Shown here: positions 62,002 through 64,000 of the stretch, piece after piece
Layout of the letters: every line of letters begins with the position of its first letter
Numbering within the stretch: the stretch's first letter is position 1
Source: Marsupella aquatica
Lineage: Eukaryota > Plantae > Marchantiophyta
Assembly: GCA_973895155.1 (NCBI GenBank)
Contig: OZ316893.1
Location: forward strand, 16,026,645-16,090,644
Direction: 5' to 3'
DNA length: 64,000 nucleotides
Translations under genes and position numbers: made by a program
The notes under the pieces: generated by a model
Told to the model about the DNA's origin: nothing
The model's input: only the letters and a program-made list of their open reading frames with translations
Database searches by the model: none

Positions 62002-64000
62002 GCACGCGTGATGTAATACCGCTTAACCCATGCTAAGCACTACAAAGTAGACTTAGAATCCGTAGTTATTAGCATAGCGACACAAATTAGCTAGTCATGA
62101 TGTTTAGGAGCGTGTTATGGCCGTCTACCTTGGATCCGTATAACTGATCCAGAGGCGGCGCTCTAGCACGCCCTGACCCAAACTTGAGGGGTGGTTGGTA
62201 CACTTTGGGCGTGAGGGGCTCGGCCTATCAGAGTAGGAGGAGCTGATCGGTCGATGCACCACAAGGGTATAAAAGGCAAGCTCTTCCCCGCCTCTAAATC
62301 ACTAGTTCACTCTCCGCGCCAGCTTTGCTCTCATCTCCTCTATTTTCCCCTTAGTAATCCTGGGCACACCCTGCCATATGTCTGTCACGATTATGTCCAG
62401 TTCTACCATTTGCTTTTGGTTTCAAGTTTTAAGCGTTGGTAACCATCTTGCGGCCTCGCTCGCAAAGCACAATCCACGCAAGTACAAAGCCAAAAAGTAG
62501 TACAAACAACTTATATGTTTGAACGGGCATTCTCACTACAACAACAACCTTAACCTTCCATTCAAGAGCAAGTATTGTCGGGACGACAAGATAGCCAAGT
62601 TCTTCTTTGAGGGAACAAAGTACCTTGGCTTTGGAGAAGCACTCCTCCAACTCCCGGACGAGGTTTACAAGATCCCGGGCATAGTGGACTTATAGCGCCA
62701 TCACTTTGACAACATACTTGCTCGGGTGCAGTCCTTCCTTGATTGTTGGTTTGGTAATGACCTAAACCCGGGTGGACCATCGTCAACCTCAGCATCGCTC
62801 GGCTTCCCTGCTGGAATGTTGGGCCCTATGGCACCTCCTCCAGCAACACCGGCGGCCAGTGCATAGGCGCAGACCCCACCCCGGGCATCCTCAAGCCGCT
62901 CCCCACCACCAGTCGCACCGCTCGCTTGGGTACGATCTGTGGTGAATGCGGTGAACCTAAGCTCGGAGGATGAGGAGGTTCCTCCACCTCTTGTCTAGAA
63001 ACCACCAGGGATGCACCAACCCGGGATGGGTAACACATTGTCATCCCCACAAGCCCGAACCCGAGAGGCGGCCCCAGTAGACAACACGGTGACGGTTGCA
63101 GCCTCGACACCAGTTCTAACGGCGATAGCAATACCACCGCCAGATAGGGAAGAGGGGGAGATGTCCCCCTCCATGAGCCACCCCAAGAACCAATCTCGAA
63201 GTAGGAAGAGGAAGGAGCCAACTACAATATCTAGCTTACCCGTGGCCACCGTCGTAGTGGCCAAGTTGACCATGCAACGCATGGGGGAGAATGTCCACAA
63301 AAACATTCTCCACCCAAAGCATGCATCTTACCTGAAGACCCAAGGGTTTGAACACCTTGCCGCCCTCCCTTGGAACACTTGCAGGTACTACGGGCAAGAT
63401 ATGATGGAGTTCATCTAGAACTTTGACGAGGCCCGCCAACAAACCCGTGCGCATGGACGGGTAATGTCCCTAACCAAGGAGCGGCTGAAGCTCATCTTTG
63501 GTCTACCTGAGGGACAAAATCGGGTGGAATCACAAGCCCTGGGGGCAAGGGAGCAAAGTACCAATCTTCTAGCTTCCTGGCTGAGGGTTCGGTGGACAAC
63601 AGCTTCCTGATGAGGACATGCCTCATCCCAAAGATTGCAGAGCGGCTGGAGTTTCAGAGGTATGCCCTCCACATGATGGAGCCACAGGGTGAGATATTCG
63701 CCGCCCAGGTGATCCAGGTCAAGAACTACCAGCCTAGCAAGTGGGCTTCTTTCTTTGTCAAGAAGTTCCACAAGGAGATGGAACGACAAAGGAAAACCTT
63801 GTACCTCGGGGGAAGGCGTACCTTGCAAGCCACATCAAGATCATCATCAAGTGGTACGCCCGTTTCAATTGATGAACCATTCCGAGGTGCAACGAGCCAA
63901 ACTCACCCCGGCCAGGTGGGTCTTCCCGGCTTAGAAGAGGCGGCCACAACCCAAGAGCCAAAGACCAGCGGTTGTGGTGTCCACCCCGACCCCACAAACA
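62002..64000 (+). mobile_element. element related to 20264-26020 with degenerate accessory ORF (about 62760-63960); runs off window
   Basis: AIPPPDREEGEMSPS..RKRKEP..MGENVHKNILHPKHASYLKTQGFEHLAALPWN closely matches 24291-24872; the upstream non-coding region is also homologous. Confidence 0.75.

Overview
Eukaryotic land-plant genomic DNA; the TE families suggest a bryophyte, probably a liverwort (inference). The first 4.6 kb holds the 3' part of a spliced SPL7-type SBP-box transcription factor gene (+ strand, 10 visible exons). The remaining ~59 kb is intergenic and dominated by nested transposable elements. These are: (1) a very young full-length Ty1/Copia (30245-36775, minus, 439-bp LTRs, CCATC TSD) whose gag and pol are separated by an in-frame UGA followed by a possible pseudoknot, and whose U3 carries eight tandem GTAC motifs; (2) a decayed chromovirus-type Ty3/Gypsy and a solo LTR of the same family, both with non-canonical AGT...ACT termini and perfect 5-bp TSDs; (3) a second Gypsy family whose long (>=3.3 kb) LTR itself contains a protein gene, present as two convergent inverted copies; (4) several other TG-starting elements carrying a related accessory domain; (5) four copies of a 244-307 bp MITE with 8-bp TSDs; (6) an intron-containing ParB/Srx-like pseudogene; (7) LINE and Bianca-like Copia remnants. 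No RNA genes or CRISPR arrays were found. All alignments and translations were done by eye.
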